Part shown: positions 18,593-28,133 of the stretch, piece by piece | Layout: every line of letters begins with the position of its first letter | Position numbering within the stretch: the first letter of the stretch is position 1 | From: a virus | DNA: 64,000 nucleotides | Virus record (IMG/VR): IMGVR_UViG_3300045988_115755 | Strand: one strand, 5' to 3' | Notes under the pieces: generated by a model | The model's database searches: none | Told to the model about the DNA's origin: nothing | What the model saw: only the letters and a program-made list of their open reading frames with translations | Made by a program: the position numbers and the translations under genes

Positions 18593-19090
18593 ATGGAAAT
18601 GAAAATGCAACTGAGGGAAGTTGAGGTACATGAAATGAACGGATATACTAATAAAAAAGAAAATGGAAAGAGATACGACAAAGATGAAAAGAAACAATAT
18701 GAATATGGGAAATATATGAAGCCGCATGTGTGGGAAATATATTTTGCCGATCTACCTGAAGTAGAAGATAGTCATATATTGTGTGGGTTACGACCAGTGA
18801 TTGTATTTTCAAATGATATATGCAATAGTACGAGTACGGAAATCAATGTTTATCCTCTAACTAAAAGGATAAGAAATTGGATTCCTACACATGTTACTAT
18901 ATGCAAAAATAAAGTAAATGGTCTTAAAAGAAACTCTCAAGTGTATTGTGAGCAAGGACGAACAATTCCAAAACGGAATTTGTTAGAATACTGGGGACAA
19001 GTAACCAACTTATCTCTTCAATTAAAAATTGCACATGCCATTATGATACAGAATGGTATGTTGTCATATATGAATGTGGCAGCGTCATAG
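18593..19090 (+). CDS. MazF/PemK-family toxin-like protein with N-terminal extension
   Basis: IYFADLPEVEDSHILCGLRPVIVFSNDICNSTSTEINVYPLTKRIRNWIPTHVTI...RTIPKRNLLEYWGQV fits MazF/PemK core; alternative start ATG 18635 after GAGGT. Confidence 0.55.
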   Translation: MEMKMQLREVEVHEMNGYTNKKENGKRYDKDEKKQYEYGKYMKPHVWEIYFADLPEVEDSHILCGLRPVIVFSNDICNSTSTEINVYPLTKRIRNWIPTHVTICKNKVNGLKRNSQVYCEQGRTIPKRNLLEYWGQVTNLSLQLKIAHAIMIQNGMLSYMNVAAS

Positions 19091-19105
19091 AATGGAGAAA
19101 GTTTT

Positions 19106-20134
19106 ATGAATAATAAAGAATTTATAGAAAATTATATAAAGACAAAAGTCTCAGAGTCAGCACGACCAGGATGGGAATGGATGTTGGATTCTGATATTGC
19201 AAGAGAGGACGAACAGGGCTTAACATACGCTCCAGGAACAATCCAAGAGGCTATGTTAAGGGCAGGGAAAGGGACTGCAAGAAATCGAACCATGAACTCT
19301 ATTGTGAAAAGATATAACCAACTTGTAGATCTATACACCTACGCAAATGAATGTAACTATATAAAATATAATCCATTCAAAAGTGATAAATTTATTGATC
19401 TACAAATCGTTGTTGATATTTATTTTTCCAATCAGGTCAACGTGAACTACGTATCGAAAGAACAATTGAACGAACTTCTGATAGCTTTAGCTCTGCGTAA
19501 AAAGCCATTGGATAAAAAAACAAGGTTACAAATCGTACTATATCTAGTAAGTTTGTATAACGGTATTGATGCTGACGCCTTAAAGGACTTAAAGTTTTCT
19601 GAAATCGACGAAGAGAAACAAACGATCTCAGGGAAACCAATTGGTAAAAACTTTTTAGATATGATTGCATACTATAAAAACGCAATGGGTGAGAATATTT
19701 ATGAAGATCATATAATTATTCCATCATACAAATGTGATGATTTGCAGGAATATAAAAAAGCACAAGACCGTATTGGTTACAATATCAGATTTTTATTTAA
19801 TACACTTGGTAAATCGTTAAATTATTATAAAATGTCAAAAAATGACGTTATTAATTCTGGGTTTGTACAGTATTTAAAATCAAGAATGAGCATTGAATCA
19901 ATATCTGAACTGTATTATGTTAAGCCAAAGGATGGTGTAGCGAGATCATTAAGCGCTAAGATGTTCAATGATATTGCGATTGATTTTTATTACAAATACT
20001 ATAAAACATATAAATTGGATGACGTACCGTATAATTTTAGTAGGAGACAAACGGTAATTGGAAAAACGATCAGTTATCTATATCAAGATGAAGATTACAA
20101 GAATTATCGTGCGCATCAAATCATGACAGAGTAA
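19106..20134 (+). CDS. hypothetical protein (weak resemblance to integrase N-terminal SAM-like domain; no catalytic motifs seen)
   Basis: 342-aa ORF. Confidence 0.5.
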   Translation: MNNKEFIENYIKTKVSESARPGWEWMLDSDIAREDEQGLTYAPGTIQEAMLRAGKGTARNRTMNSIVKRYNQLVDLYTYANECNYIKYNPFKSDKFIDLQIVVDIYFSNQVNVNYVSKEQLNELLIALALRKKPLDKKTRLQIVLYLVSLYNGIDADALKDLKFSEIDEEKQTISGKPIGKNFLDMIAYYKNAMGENIYEDHIIIPSYKCDDLQEYKKAQDRIGYNIRFLFNTLGKSLNYYKMSKNDVINSGFVQYLKSRMSIESISELYYVKPKDGVARSLSAKMFNDIAIDFYYKYYKTYKLDDVPYNFSRRQTVIGKTISYLYQDEDYKNYRAHQIMTE

Positions 20135-20146
20135 AGGAAGGGATTT

Positions 20147-20518
20147 TTGTATATGGACAATCAAATATTAAACATGTTGGTAGCGAATCAATCAAATCAA
20201 ATGCGTGTTGATGTACTTGATTTACACTCGTCAGAAATGTCATCTTGGTTTCTGAGCGAATATAAGATTCGGGCAGATGATGCGAAGATAAAAATCTATG
20301 GCAAAGATAAAGATCTTTCATATCATTGGATCGAATTTATTCAAGATGAGAATTTGTTCTCTCATATTAAGCAGGACGACATATTTGACATAATCAAATG
20401 CCTGCAATTTACATACAAAGAGAGATACAATGTTGGAATAAAAATACAGACAACAAAAAAGAAAGCAGAAGTCTTTGGCAAAACTTCTACTTTCACACAA
20501 ACTAATAATTCTAACTAA
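20147..20518 (+). CDS. hypothetical protein
   Basis: 123-aa ORF. Confidence 0.45.
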   Translation: MYMDNQILNMLVANQSNQMRVDVLDLHSSEMSSWFLSEYKIRADDAKIKIYGKDKDLSYHWIEFIQDENLFSHIKQDDIFDIIKCLQFTYKERYNVGIKIQTTKKKAEVFGKTSTFTQTNNSN

Positions 20519-20712
20519 ACAAATAATAAATAACAAAAAAGGATTTTTTTGAATCTATCGTGTTGGCAGCACGATAGAAAATCGAATTAAGTATTTAGAA
20601 TTGTTTAATAGATAAGGATAATAATATCCTTAAAATCATTATAACAATTCTAAACATGTTCGTCAACATGAAAATTTTTCCAAAAAACTACAATTAAATA
20701 TAGGAGTGATGT

Positions 20713-21363
20713 ATGAAATACATAATTACGAATGAAGAGTTCTATGTAAAAAGAGATCATGCAAGAAATAAATACGTTCGTGATAATCGTAAGTCTGAAG
20801 CTACTCAATTTACCTCCAAACAAGCAAAGCATATTTTAGGTTTGAAGCATAAATATACGTGGATGAAAGACGGATTTTATGCCAGAGAAATTGAGCTAGG
20901 TAAAATTGGCAAACCCATGGAATCTAGCGAAATAATGCGTAAGGGTAATGGAAATTGCTTTATGGATTGGGAATGTGATAATACATTGATCGACAATATA
21001 GAGACTGAGGAAAGAGCCATAGTAGGACTTCTAGCATATGACTCAGATCAATTAGGAGAAAAGAAGTTTGAATTAGAGCAGGCATTATCATATGCCGATT
21101 CTGCCAGAAGTGATATTCTTCATGCGATTGAGTTTAAAAAGATTGATGCTGCGAAACGTGCAGTGATTGTTGGGTATCTTAAAACCTTACAGGAATTACA
21201 CAGAAAGATCAAGAATTGTATTCGGTACATAGAAGTGATGCAGAATTGCATGGATAATCAGAAAGATATATGTACTTTAAAGAAAGAATTAAAAGATGCA
21301 GAACATAAGTCGTATGTCGGTAGAACAAAGTATTATGAGCTGATCCAGAATATAATCGGGTAG
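20713..21363 (+). CDS. hypothetical protein
   Basis: 216-aa ORF after TAGGAGTG. Confidence 0.5.
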   Translation: MKYIITNEEFYVKRDHARNKYVRDNRKSEATQFTSKQAKHILGLKHKYTWMKDGFYAREIELGKIGKPMESSEIMRKGNGNCFMDWECDNTLIDNIETEERAIVGLLAYDSDQLGEKKFELEQALSYADSARSDILHAIEFKKIDAAKRAVIVGYLKTLQELHRKIKNCIRYIEVMQNCMDNQKDICTLKKELKDAEHKSYVGRTKYYELIQNIIG

Positions 21364-21446
21364 AGTTTCTTCCTTATTATATATGATGACTCGCACAGGC
21401 ATTTGTGCAAAATTAAAATGTAAAATTATAACTTAGGAGGTATTTA

Positions 21447-22271
21447 ATGACAGAAGAAAAGGATATTGTAAATGAAGGATTAAATACATTAGTATTTAGC
21501 AATGATAAATTTGGGAATATCCGCACAGCGGTCTTAGATAATAATCCGTGGTTTGCTGGCAAAGATGTTGCTGAATGTTTAGAGTACAAAAATACAAAAG
21601 ACGCTCTTGCAAGACATGTAGATGCCGAAGACAAACAATTAATCCTAAGGTCGCAAATCACGACCTTAGAAAATGTACCAAACAGAGGACTCACATTTAT
21701 TAATGAGTCAGGACTTTATGCATTAATCTTTGGAAGTAAGCTTGATAAGGCAAAAGAATTCAAGCATTGGGTAACATCAGAAGTTCTTCCGCAGATTCGT
21801 AAGACGGGCGGATATATTCCAATTGAAAAAGATGATGATGATTTAACTATCATGGCGAAAGCATTGAATATTATGCAAAACACTTTGGAGCAAAAGGATG
21901 AACTATTAGCCCAGAAAGAAGAAGTTATCAGTAAACAGAAGCCACTTGTTGATTTTGCTAATACGGTCAGTGCCACACCAACAATGGTTGATATGAAAAC
22001 AATGGCAAAGCTTCTTGAGAAAGAAAATCAAGATATTCATATGGGCAGAAACAAATTATTTGCGTGGTTAAGAAAAGAAGGGTATCTCATGTCAGATAAT
22101 ACCCCATATGAAAGATATGTTAAGCAGGGCATTTTCAAATTAACAGAAAGTGAGGTTGAAACTAAGAATGGAAACAAGTTGATTACCAAAACATATGTGA
22201 CTGGCAAAGGGCAATTATACTTGGCAAAGAAATTAGCACAATACTTTGCCTCACAGAGTGCATCAGCTTAG
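21447..22271 (+). CDS. Bro-N + KilAC/ANT antirepressor
   Basis: N-terminal FGNIRTAVLDNNPWFAGKDVAECLEYKNTKDALARHV (Bro-N), C-terminal antirepressor-like segment. Confidence 0.65.
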   Translation: MTEEKDIVNEGLNTLVFSNDKFGNIRTAVLDNNPWFAGKDVAECLEYKNTKDALARHVDAEDKQLILRSQITTLENVPNRGLTFINESGLYALIFGSKLDKAKEFKHWVTSEVLPQIRKTGGYIPIEKDDDDLTIMAKALNIMQNTLEQKDELLAQKEEVISKQKPLVDFANTVSATPTMVDMKTMAKLLEKENQDIHMGRNKLFAWLRKEGYLMSDNTPYERYVKQGIFKLTESEVETKNGNKLITKTYVTGKGQLYLAKKLAQYFASQSASA

Positions 22272-22285
22272 AGAGGAGACAAAGA

Positions 22286-23626
22286 ATGGAAGAAAATAAA
22301 ACGGGCGTTTGGATAAAAATGAGGAGTGGAGAAAAACTTAGGTATGACCATGATTGGATGGAACCATTTGGTGTAGGTGATCTGGTCGAAATAAATAGTG
22401 AAGATATGTATGTAAACTTTAAAATTGTAACTGTTGAATCCAGAAATAATCCATCAATAACTACTTATGGAATCAAACCTCAAGTTAGAATTGATCGAAC
22501 TCTACATCCTCATGATGTTACTAAATTTCGAAATGCTGAAGCAATTGTAATGGATGTGAATAAATACAGTCAGGCATTGATTATTGTTCCATTTTGGTAT
22601 AACAAAAAACTATATAGAAACCAGAGAATACGTTCGTCAGAAGTTGCCATTACAATTACAAGAATAGAAAAATTAAAAACAATAAATGAAGATATTGAGA
22701 TTCAGACAGGTACGATTTCAGCCGACAAAATACAGATTGATACATTAACTCTACCGTCACTCTCAGAAAGAAGAGTGTCTGCTCTGTCACACTATCAGCA
22801 AAAACCAATTACTGCAACGTCAGAACCAATAAAGAATGAGGTTGGTGAGCTTTCAGCCACAGGGAAATCGTGGATGATACATGACGACCGTGGGTTGAGT
22901 CCTTATGCACCAACACATATTGATTGGAATGGTGAAATGAGTGCGACTTTAACATTCTCGCCAAAAAAAATTGATGAAATCATGAACAAACTTGCAGGAA
23001 ACGAAGAGGAGAAAGATATGTATACAGAAAAATTAAAAGACAAAATCAAAAAAGTTATTTATGTAGACAAAGAGATGACAGTTAGGGAACCTATTTTAGA
23101 TAGTAATGGTAAGCCACTCGAAAGAGGTGGTAAACCAGTAACTAAGGCTAAATTTTACAGAGGTATGGTTAAGGTGGTTTGGAACTGTGGTACTGAAACT
23201 GTTGCTTATACAAGCAGATTCGACAGATTTAACAGAGAAGAAGGTTTCAAGACTTGTGTATTAAAATACCTGTTTGGTAACGCAGGCGCCTATGATGCTG
23301 TTGACTTCTGGACAAACAAATATGTGAAATATCCAAGTAGCTGCATTGAAGTGACAGAAAATTTATGCAAACTGGAAGAGATCATCGAGAATGATAAGCA
23401 CAGAGAAGAGGAACGCAAAGGTTTACCTCATGCAAAATTCTTAAGAAGAACGGTGGATCGTTTAGTACCTAGCTTTTCAGATGACAAATTACATTATGCA
23501 CCAGAAGATGAAAAGCTTGCTAATGAATTTAAGAAATTAGCAAAGAAATATTTTCCAGAACTTAAATGTAGGGAAATTTATATTAATGATAGAAAACAGG
23601 AAGACGTTTTCGTAGCAATTAAATAA
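22286..23626 (+). CDS. hypothetical protein (446 aa)
   Basis: long ORF, no motif recognised. Confidence 0.5.
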   Translation: MEENKTGVWIKMRSGEKLRYDHDWMEPFGVGDLVEINSEDMYVNFKIVTVESRNNPSITTYGIKPQVRIDRTLHPHDVTKFRNAEAIVMDVNKYSQALIIVPFWYNKKLYRNQRIRSSEVAITITRIEKLKTINEDIEIQTGTISADKIQIDTLTLPSLSERRVSALSHYQQKPITATSEPIKNEVGELSATGKSWMIHDDRGLSPYAPTHIDWNGEMSATLTFSPKKIDEIMNKLAGNEEEKDMYTEKLKDKIKKVIYVDKEMTVREPILDSNGKPLERGGKPVTKAKFYRGMVKVVWNCGTETVAYTSRFDRFNREEGFKTCVLKYLFGNAGAYDAVDFWTNKYVKYPSSCIEVTENLCKLEEIIENDKHREEERKGLPHAKFLRRTVDRLVPSFSDDKLHYAPEDEKLANEFKKLAKKYFPELKCREIYINDRKQEDVFVAIK

Positions 23627-23648
23627 CAAAATGAAAAGGAGATAAATT

Positions 23649-25718
23649 ATGTGCACACCAATGAATGAAAACTGGAGCAATTTTTTAAACAAATTGTCAG
23701 AGCGTTTAAATAAGATGCTCGACTATGTAGAGAAAAACAATTCTACATTGTATGAAACTGATATTGATAAAGATGAGCTTTGGGAAGTATATTTGAGCAG
23801 TTTCCCTGAAGGAACAAACAAAATGTATCGCAAACGACGAGAATATGACTGTGGTCATTGCCGAAACTTTATTAAAACAATCGGTGGAGCTGTGGCAATT
23901 GTTGACGGCAAGCTTCATACAATTTGGGAAATTGATACTGAGGATGCCGTATTTCAGCCAGTAGTTGATGCTTTACGAACATATGTAGAATCAAAGCCAA
24001 TTAAGGATATTTGGAGGCATTTTACAAATACAGTTGGAGTAAAAAGTACAAATGAGTATACAGAAGATAAGCAGATTATCAAATGGACTCATATGTACAC
24101 ACCGATTCCAGAGAGATTACTAGAAAGAAAATCTGATATTCCTACAGTTAAAGCAAAAGTTAGAGATCGAAAGAATGTGTTTAAAGGATCACTTGATGAA
24201 ATCACAGAAGAAGCTGTTGATACAGTGTTAGAGCTGATCGCTTCAAACACTCTTTACAGAGGACAGGAATGGGAAAGAGTATTAAAAGATTTTAGAAAAT
24301 ATCAGCGAGAATACAACGGTTTGTCAGATGAAGAAAAAGATATATACACATGGACAAAAGCCATGACGATCGGAGATGTAATTGGTCGTATTAGAAACCA
24401 TAGTATCGGTACATTACTTGTGAATATCAGTGAGGATATGGACTTAGATAATGCGGTTAAGGCTTATGAAAATGTTGTAGCTCCTGCGAATTACAAACGA
24501 CCAAAGGCAATTTTTACAAAGAAAATGCTTGAGGATGCAAAGAAAACTGTGACTGATTTAGGATATATGGATTCATTACAGCGTAGATTTGCGAAACTTG
24601 ATGATATTACAGTCAACAATATCCTGTTTTGTAATCGTGATGCAGCACCACGTATTCAGGGCGGTTTAGATATTTTCGATGAGATGAGTAAGGAAGTTGC
24701 TGTAAATCCTAAGAAGTTCTCTAAAGTCGAAGAAATCAGTGCAGAGAAATTCGTATCAGATGTACTTCCAACGGCAAAAGAATTAGAAGTTCTGTTTGAA
24801 AATCGTCACAAGAAGAATATGGTTTCACTGATCGCACCTGTAAATAAAGATGCTAAGAACATGATGAAGTGGAGTAATCCTTTCAGCTGGGCATATTCAG
24901 GAAATATGACAGACAGTGAAATGAAAGAAAGAGTTAAGAACGCAGGTGGTGCAGTTGATGGAGTTTTAAGATTCTCAATTCAGTGGAATGCAAATACAGA
25001 TTGGAATCAGGACGATTTTGATGCACATTGCAGAACTCCACGTCATCATATCTATTATGCTTCAATGCATGATTATGCAACTGGTGGAAGCCTTGATGTT
25101 GATGTAACTCATCCACATAGAGGAGAGCCTGCCGTAGAAAATATTACATGGGCAGATAAATCCAAAATGGTTGACGGAGAATATGAATTTTTCGTAAGAA
25201 ATTTTGCTCATAGAAATGGAGTTTCTGGATTTACAGCAGAGATTGAATTTGATGGACAGATTTATGAATTTGAATATGATAAGCCTTTACGTCAGAACGA
25301 AGATGTTCCAGTAGCTACAGTTACATTAAAAGATGGTGTGTTTACAATCAAAGAGAAACTTCCATCAACAACATCTTCAAGAGAAATCTGGGGAATCAAT
25401 ACAAACCAGTTTGTGCCAGTAACAGTAATGTGTTATTCACCTAACTATTGGGACGAGCAGACAGGTATTGGACATAAACATTATCTGTTTATGTTAAACG
25501 GATGTGTAAATGAAGATACTCCAAATGGATTCTTCAATGAGTTTTTGAAGCAGGAATTAGTACAGCACAAGAGAGTATTCGAGGCTTTAGGAAGTAAAAT
25601 GCATGTCGCAGATGATCTAAACCAGTTATCAGGAATTGGTTTCAGTTCTACAAAACGAGATGATGTGATCGTCAAAGTTAAGGGTGCGACAGAAAGAGTT
25701 CTTAAAATTAAATTTTAA
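23649..25718 (+). CDS. hypothetical protein (689 aa)
   Basis: long ORF immediately upstream of NAD operon; no motif recognised. Confidence 0.5.
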   Translation: MCTPMNENWSNFLNKLSERLNKMLDYVEKNNSTLYETDIDKDELWEVYLSSFPEGTNKMYRKRREYDCGHCRNFIKTIGGAVAIVDGKLHTIWEIDTEDAVFQPVVDALRTYVESKPIKDIWRHFTNTVGVKSTNEYTEDKQIIKWTHMYTPIPERLLERKSDIPTVKAKVRDRKNVFKGSLDEITEEAVDTVLELIASNTLYRGQEWERVLKDFRKYQREYNGLSDEEKDIYTWTKAMTIGDVIGRIRNHSIGTLLVNISEDMDLDNAVKAYENVVAPANYKRPKAIFTKKMLEDAKKTVTDLGYMDSLQRRFAKLDDITVNNILFCNRDAAPRIQGGLDIFDEMSKEVAVNPKKFSKVEEISAEKFVSDVLPTAKELEVLFENRHKKNMVSLIAPVNKDAKNMMKWSNPFSWAYSGNMTDSEMKERVKNAGGAVDGVLRFSIQWNANTDWNQDDFDAHCRTPRHHIYYASMHDYATGGSLDVDVTHPHRGEPAVENITWADKSKMVDGEYEFFVRNFAHRNGVSGFTAEIEFDGQIYEFEYDKPLRQNEDVPVATVTLKDGVFTIKEKLPSTTSSREIWGINTNQFVPVTVMCYSPNYWDEQTGIGHKHYLFMLNGCVNEDTPNGFFNEFLKQELVQHKRVFEALGSKMHVADDLNQLSGIGFSSTKRDDVIVKVKGATERVLKIKF

Positions 25719-25738
25719 TATAAAAGGAGATTAAATTT

Positions 25739-26128
25739 ATGACAACAGAAAATTTATTCGAAATGGCTACTAGAAACAAAATGAGATTCTCATCTACAAA
25801 AGGCGAATTATCCGTAGAAGATTTATGGGATTTATCCGATAAAGATTTAGATGTGGTATACAAAAATTTGAAAGACCAGGAAGTCAAATCTTCAGAAGAA
25901 AGCCTGTTGGATGATGCAAATGTTGATCCAAAATTAACAGCTGCGATTGGTATTGTAAGATACATCTTTACAACAAAACGTAATGAGAGACTTGCTGAGA
26001 AGGAACGTATTGATAAGAAACTGAAACAGAAAAAATATATTGATGCTCTTTCCAAGAAACAGGATGAGGCTATTGAGAAGATGTCAGAAGCAGAATTACG
26101 TGCGATGATTGATTCGTTAGAAGATTAA
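25739..26128 (+). CDS. hypothetical coiled-coil protein
   Basis: 129-aa ORF. Confidence 0.45.
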   Translation: MTTENLFEMATRNKMRFSSTKGELSVEDLWDLSDKDLDVVYKNLKDQEVKSSEESLLDDANVDPKLTAAIGIVRYIFTTKRNERLAEKERIDKKLKQKKYIDALSKKQDEAIEKMSEAELRAMIDSLED

Positions 26129-26185
26129 GATGATATACCTGCTCGTCAAATTTGACGGGTGGGTGCTTAAAGAAAGGAGATTGGA

Positions 26186-26653
26186 ATGATTTATAAATTA
26201 GAATTAGGCGACTGGTCGGAAGATGGGCATAAAATATCAGAAAGTTTTTTATTTGATTGTAACTATGATATTCATAAAATTCGACAAGCGTATAAAGATA
26301 GTTGTAAAAAGCTAGGAGTGGCTTTTAATTACAATGAAGATTATACGGGTCTAGGTCTTGGTTGTAGAAGTGAGAGATTGATTTGGACAGAGTATCAAGA
26401 ATCAGAAATGAGCGAAACAGCATTTGAAATTTTAAATAATTCTGGGTGTTTTAAAGAGGTTGATTTCTATAAAGAAGATGGCGTGTATTATATCGAAGAA
26501 AGGAAAGACTGTGCAAAACTTATTATGAATTTTATCGCACTGTCTATGCCTGAAGATTTTCGATATAAGCTTGTCCAAGAGCCAAAAGTTGAATCGATTA
26601 ATAGTTGGAATCATGAACTGAGACAGCACTTTGGGTATGGATTATTTGATTAA
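26186..26653 (+). CDS. hypothetical protein
   Basis: 155-aa ORF. Confidence 0.45.
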   Translation: MIYKLELGDWSEDGHKISESFLFDCNYDIHKIRQAYKDSCKKLGVAFNYNEDYTGLGLGCRSERLIWTEYQESEMSETAFEILNNSGCFKEVDFYKEDGVYYIEERKDCAKLIMNFIALSMPEDFRYKLVQEPKVESINSWNHELRQHFGYGLFD

Positions 26654-26684
26654 TAAAACAGTAATTTAATGGAAGGAGAAAACA

Positions 26685-27287
26685 ATGGACGTTAATAAAT
26701 TATTGGTTGTCGTCGATATGCAGAATGATTTTATCGACGGAAGCCTTGGAACCAAAGAAGCACAGGAAATTGTTCCCAAAGTAATTGAGAAAATTAAAAA
26801 TTTTGATGGCATTATTGTTGCAACAATGGACACACACGATGAAAATTATTTATCTACACAGGAAGGAAAGAATCTTCCAGTAAAGCATTGCATCTGCGGA
26901 GAAGATGGATGGCATTTAAATGAAGAAGTTAGAAAGGCATTATTATCGTCAGAGATGTTTTGTCGCAATGACAAGCAAGAAAATGCTATTTGGCTTCTTG
27001 AGAACTATTGTAAAGAAACATTTGGGTCATTAGAACTTATGGACGATTGTTCTGATGAATTCGGTGAAGATGGTCGGTCTCATCCAGAAGATGTTGAAAT
27101 TACCTTAATTGGTCTTTGTACAGATATTTGTGTAATCTCAAATGCAATGTTGCTAAAAGCAACGTTGCCAGAGGCAAAGATTCTTGTAGATGCATCTTGT
27201 TGTGCGGGTGTGACACCAGAAAGTCATAAGAACGCACTTGAAGCAATGAAGATGTGCCAGATTGAAGTAATTAATGAGGAGGATTAA
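26685..27287 (+). CDS. isochorismatase-family cysteine hydrolase, nicotinamidase (PncA)-like
   Basis: VVDMQNDF (catalytic Asp), conserved Lys region, LIGLCTDICV (nucleophilic Cys); first gene of NAD operon. Confidence 0.55.
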   Translation: MDVNKLLVVVDMQNDFIDGSLGTKEAQEIVPKVIEKIKNFDGIIVATMDTHDENYLSTQEGKNLPVKHCICGEDGWHLNEEVRKALLSSEMFCRNDKQENAIWLLENYCKETFGSLELMDDCSDEFGEDGRSHPEDVEITLIGLCTDICVISNAMLLKATLPEAKILVDASCCAGVTPESHKNALEAMKMCQIEVINEED

Positions 27288-27290
27288 TGA

Positions 27291-28133
27291 ATGATTATTG
27301 TAAATGGAATTGAGATTAAGCCACAGAAATTTCCAGATGGTACGCAGAAAATTGATGTCTCTGAACCAGTTTATGGTTTCTTATTTGATGAAAAATATAA
27401 ATTTTTCTGTCTTGGATGGTTATATGAGTCTGACGAAGAGTTATTTGATATATATTGTATTTCAAGAACATTAAAAGAAAGATGCCCAAGTACACCACAA
27501 GAATTAGAAATGCCATATATTCCAAATGCCAGGTTCGATCGTGTTAAGAGTAAAGGTGAGTGTTTTACTTTAAAATATTTTTCAGAGATTATTAATAGTC
27601 TAGGATTTGCCAAAGTGGTAGTTCAAGATCCACATTCACATGTTTCTACAGCATTGTTGAATAATGTGGAAGTCAAGAATGTTGACAATGAAATATTCGT
27701 GGCTATAAATTCTATTGAAGCAGAAGAACAGGATAAAAATTTAGTCATCTATTTCCCAGACAGTGGGGCTTTAAAACGATATTCAGATCAGGTTCAGTCA
27801 TATTATTATCCGATTGTCTATGGAATTAAAAATCGTGATTGGAAGACAGGGGAAATTCTTGGTATTGAGATTCATGGAGATACAGAGAAATTAGATGAGA
27901 ATACAGCAATTTTAATGATTGATGATATTTGTAGTAAGGGTGGCACATTTTACTACGGATCAAAAGAATTAAACAAATACGGTTGTAAAGATATGTATTT
28001 GTACGTTACTCACTGTGAAAACACAATTCTTGATGGCGAATTACTAAAGGAAGATAGTTTGTTTAAAAAAGTATTTACAACACGTAGTATTTTTACGAAA
28101 GAACATGAGAAAGTTGAGGTGTTAGGTTTATGA
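27291..28133 (+). CDS. Prs-like pyrophosphokinase (PRPP synthetase family; candidate ADP-ribose pyrophosphokinase Adps)
   Basis: FPDGTQKIDVSEPV, MPYIPNARFDR, VVVQDPHS, IYFPDSGALKRY, AILMIDDICSKGGT parallel the Prs motifs FSDGE / ARQDR / VDLHA / PDAGGVKRA / DDMIDTGGT. Confidence 0.65.
   Translation: MIIVNGIEIKPQKFPDGTQKIDVSEPVYGFLFDEKYKFFCLGWLYESDEELFDIYCISRTLKERCPSTPQELEMPYIPNARFDRVKSKGECFTLKYFSEIINSLGFAKVVVQDPHSHVSTALLNNVEVKNVDNEIFVAINSIEAEEQDKNLVIYFPDSGALKRYSDQVQSYYYPIVYGIKNRDWKTGEILGIEIHGDTEKLDENTAILMIDDICSKGGTFYYGSKELNKYGCKDMYLYVTHCENTILDGELLKEDSLFKKVFTTRSIFTKEHEKVEVLGL

Noticed and set aside
23649-25718. Assigning the 689-aa protein to the NAD pathway because of adjacency
   Set aside because: No Rossmann, PRTase, Nudix or NMNAT motif could be found by eye. 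It is left as an ORFan candidate only.
25708-26055. Minus-strand ORF of 115 aa
   Set aside because: It is antisense to 25739-26128, with no RBS. The rest of the genome is strictly unidirectional.
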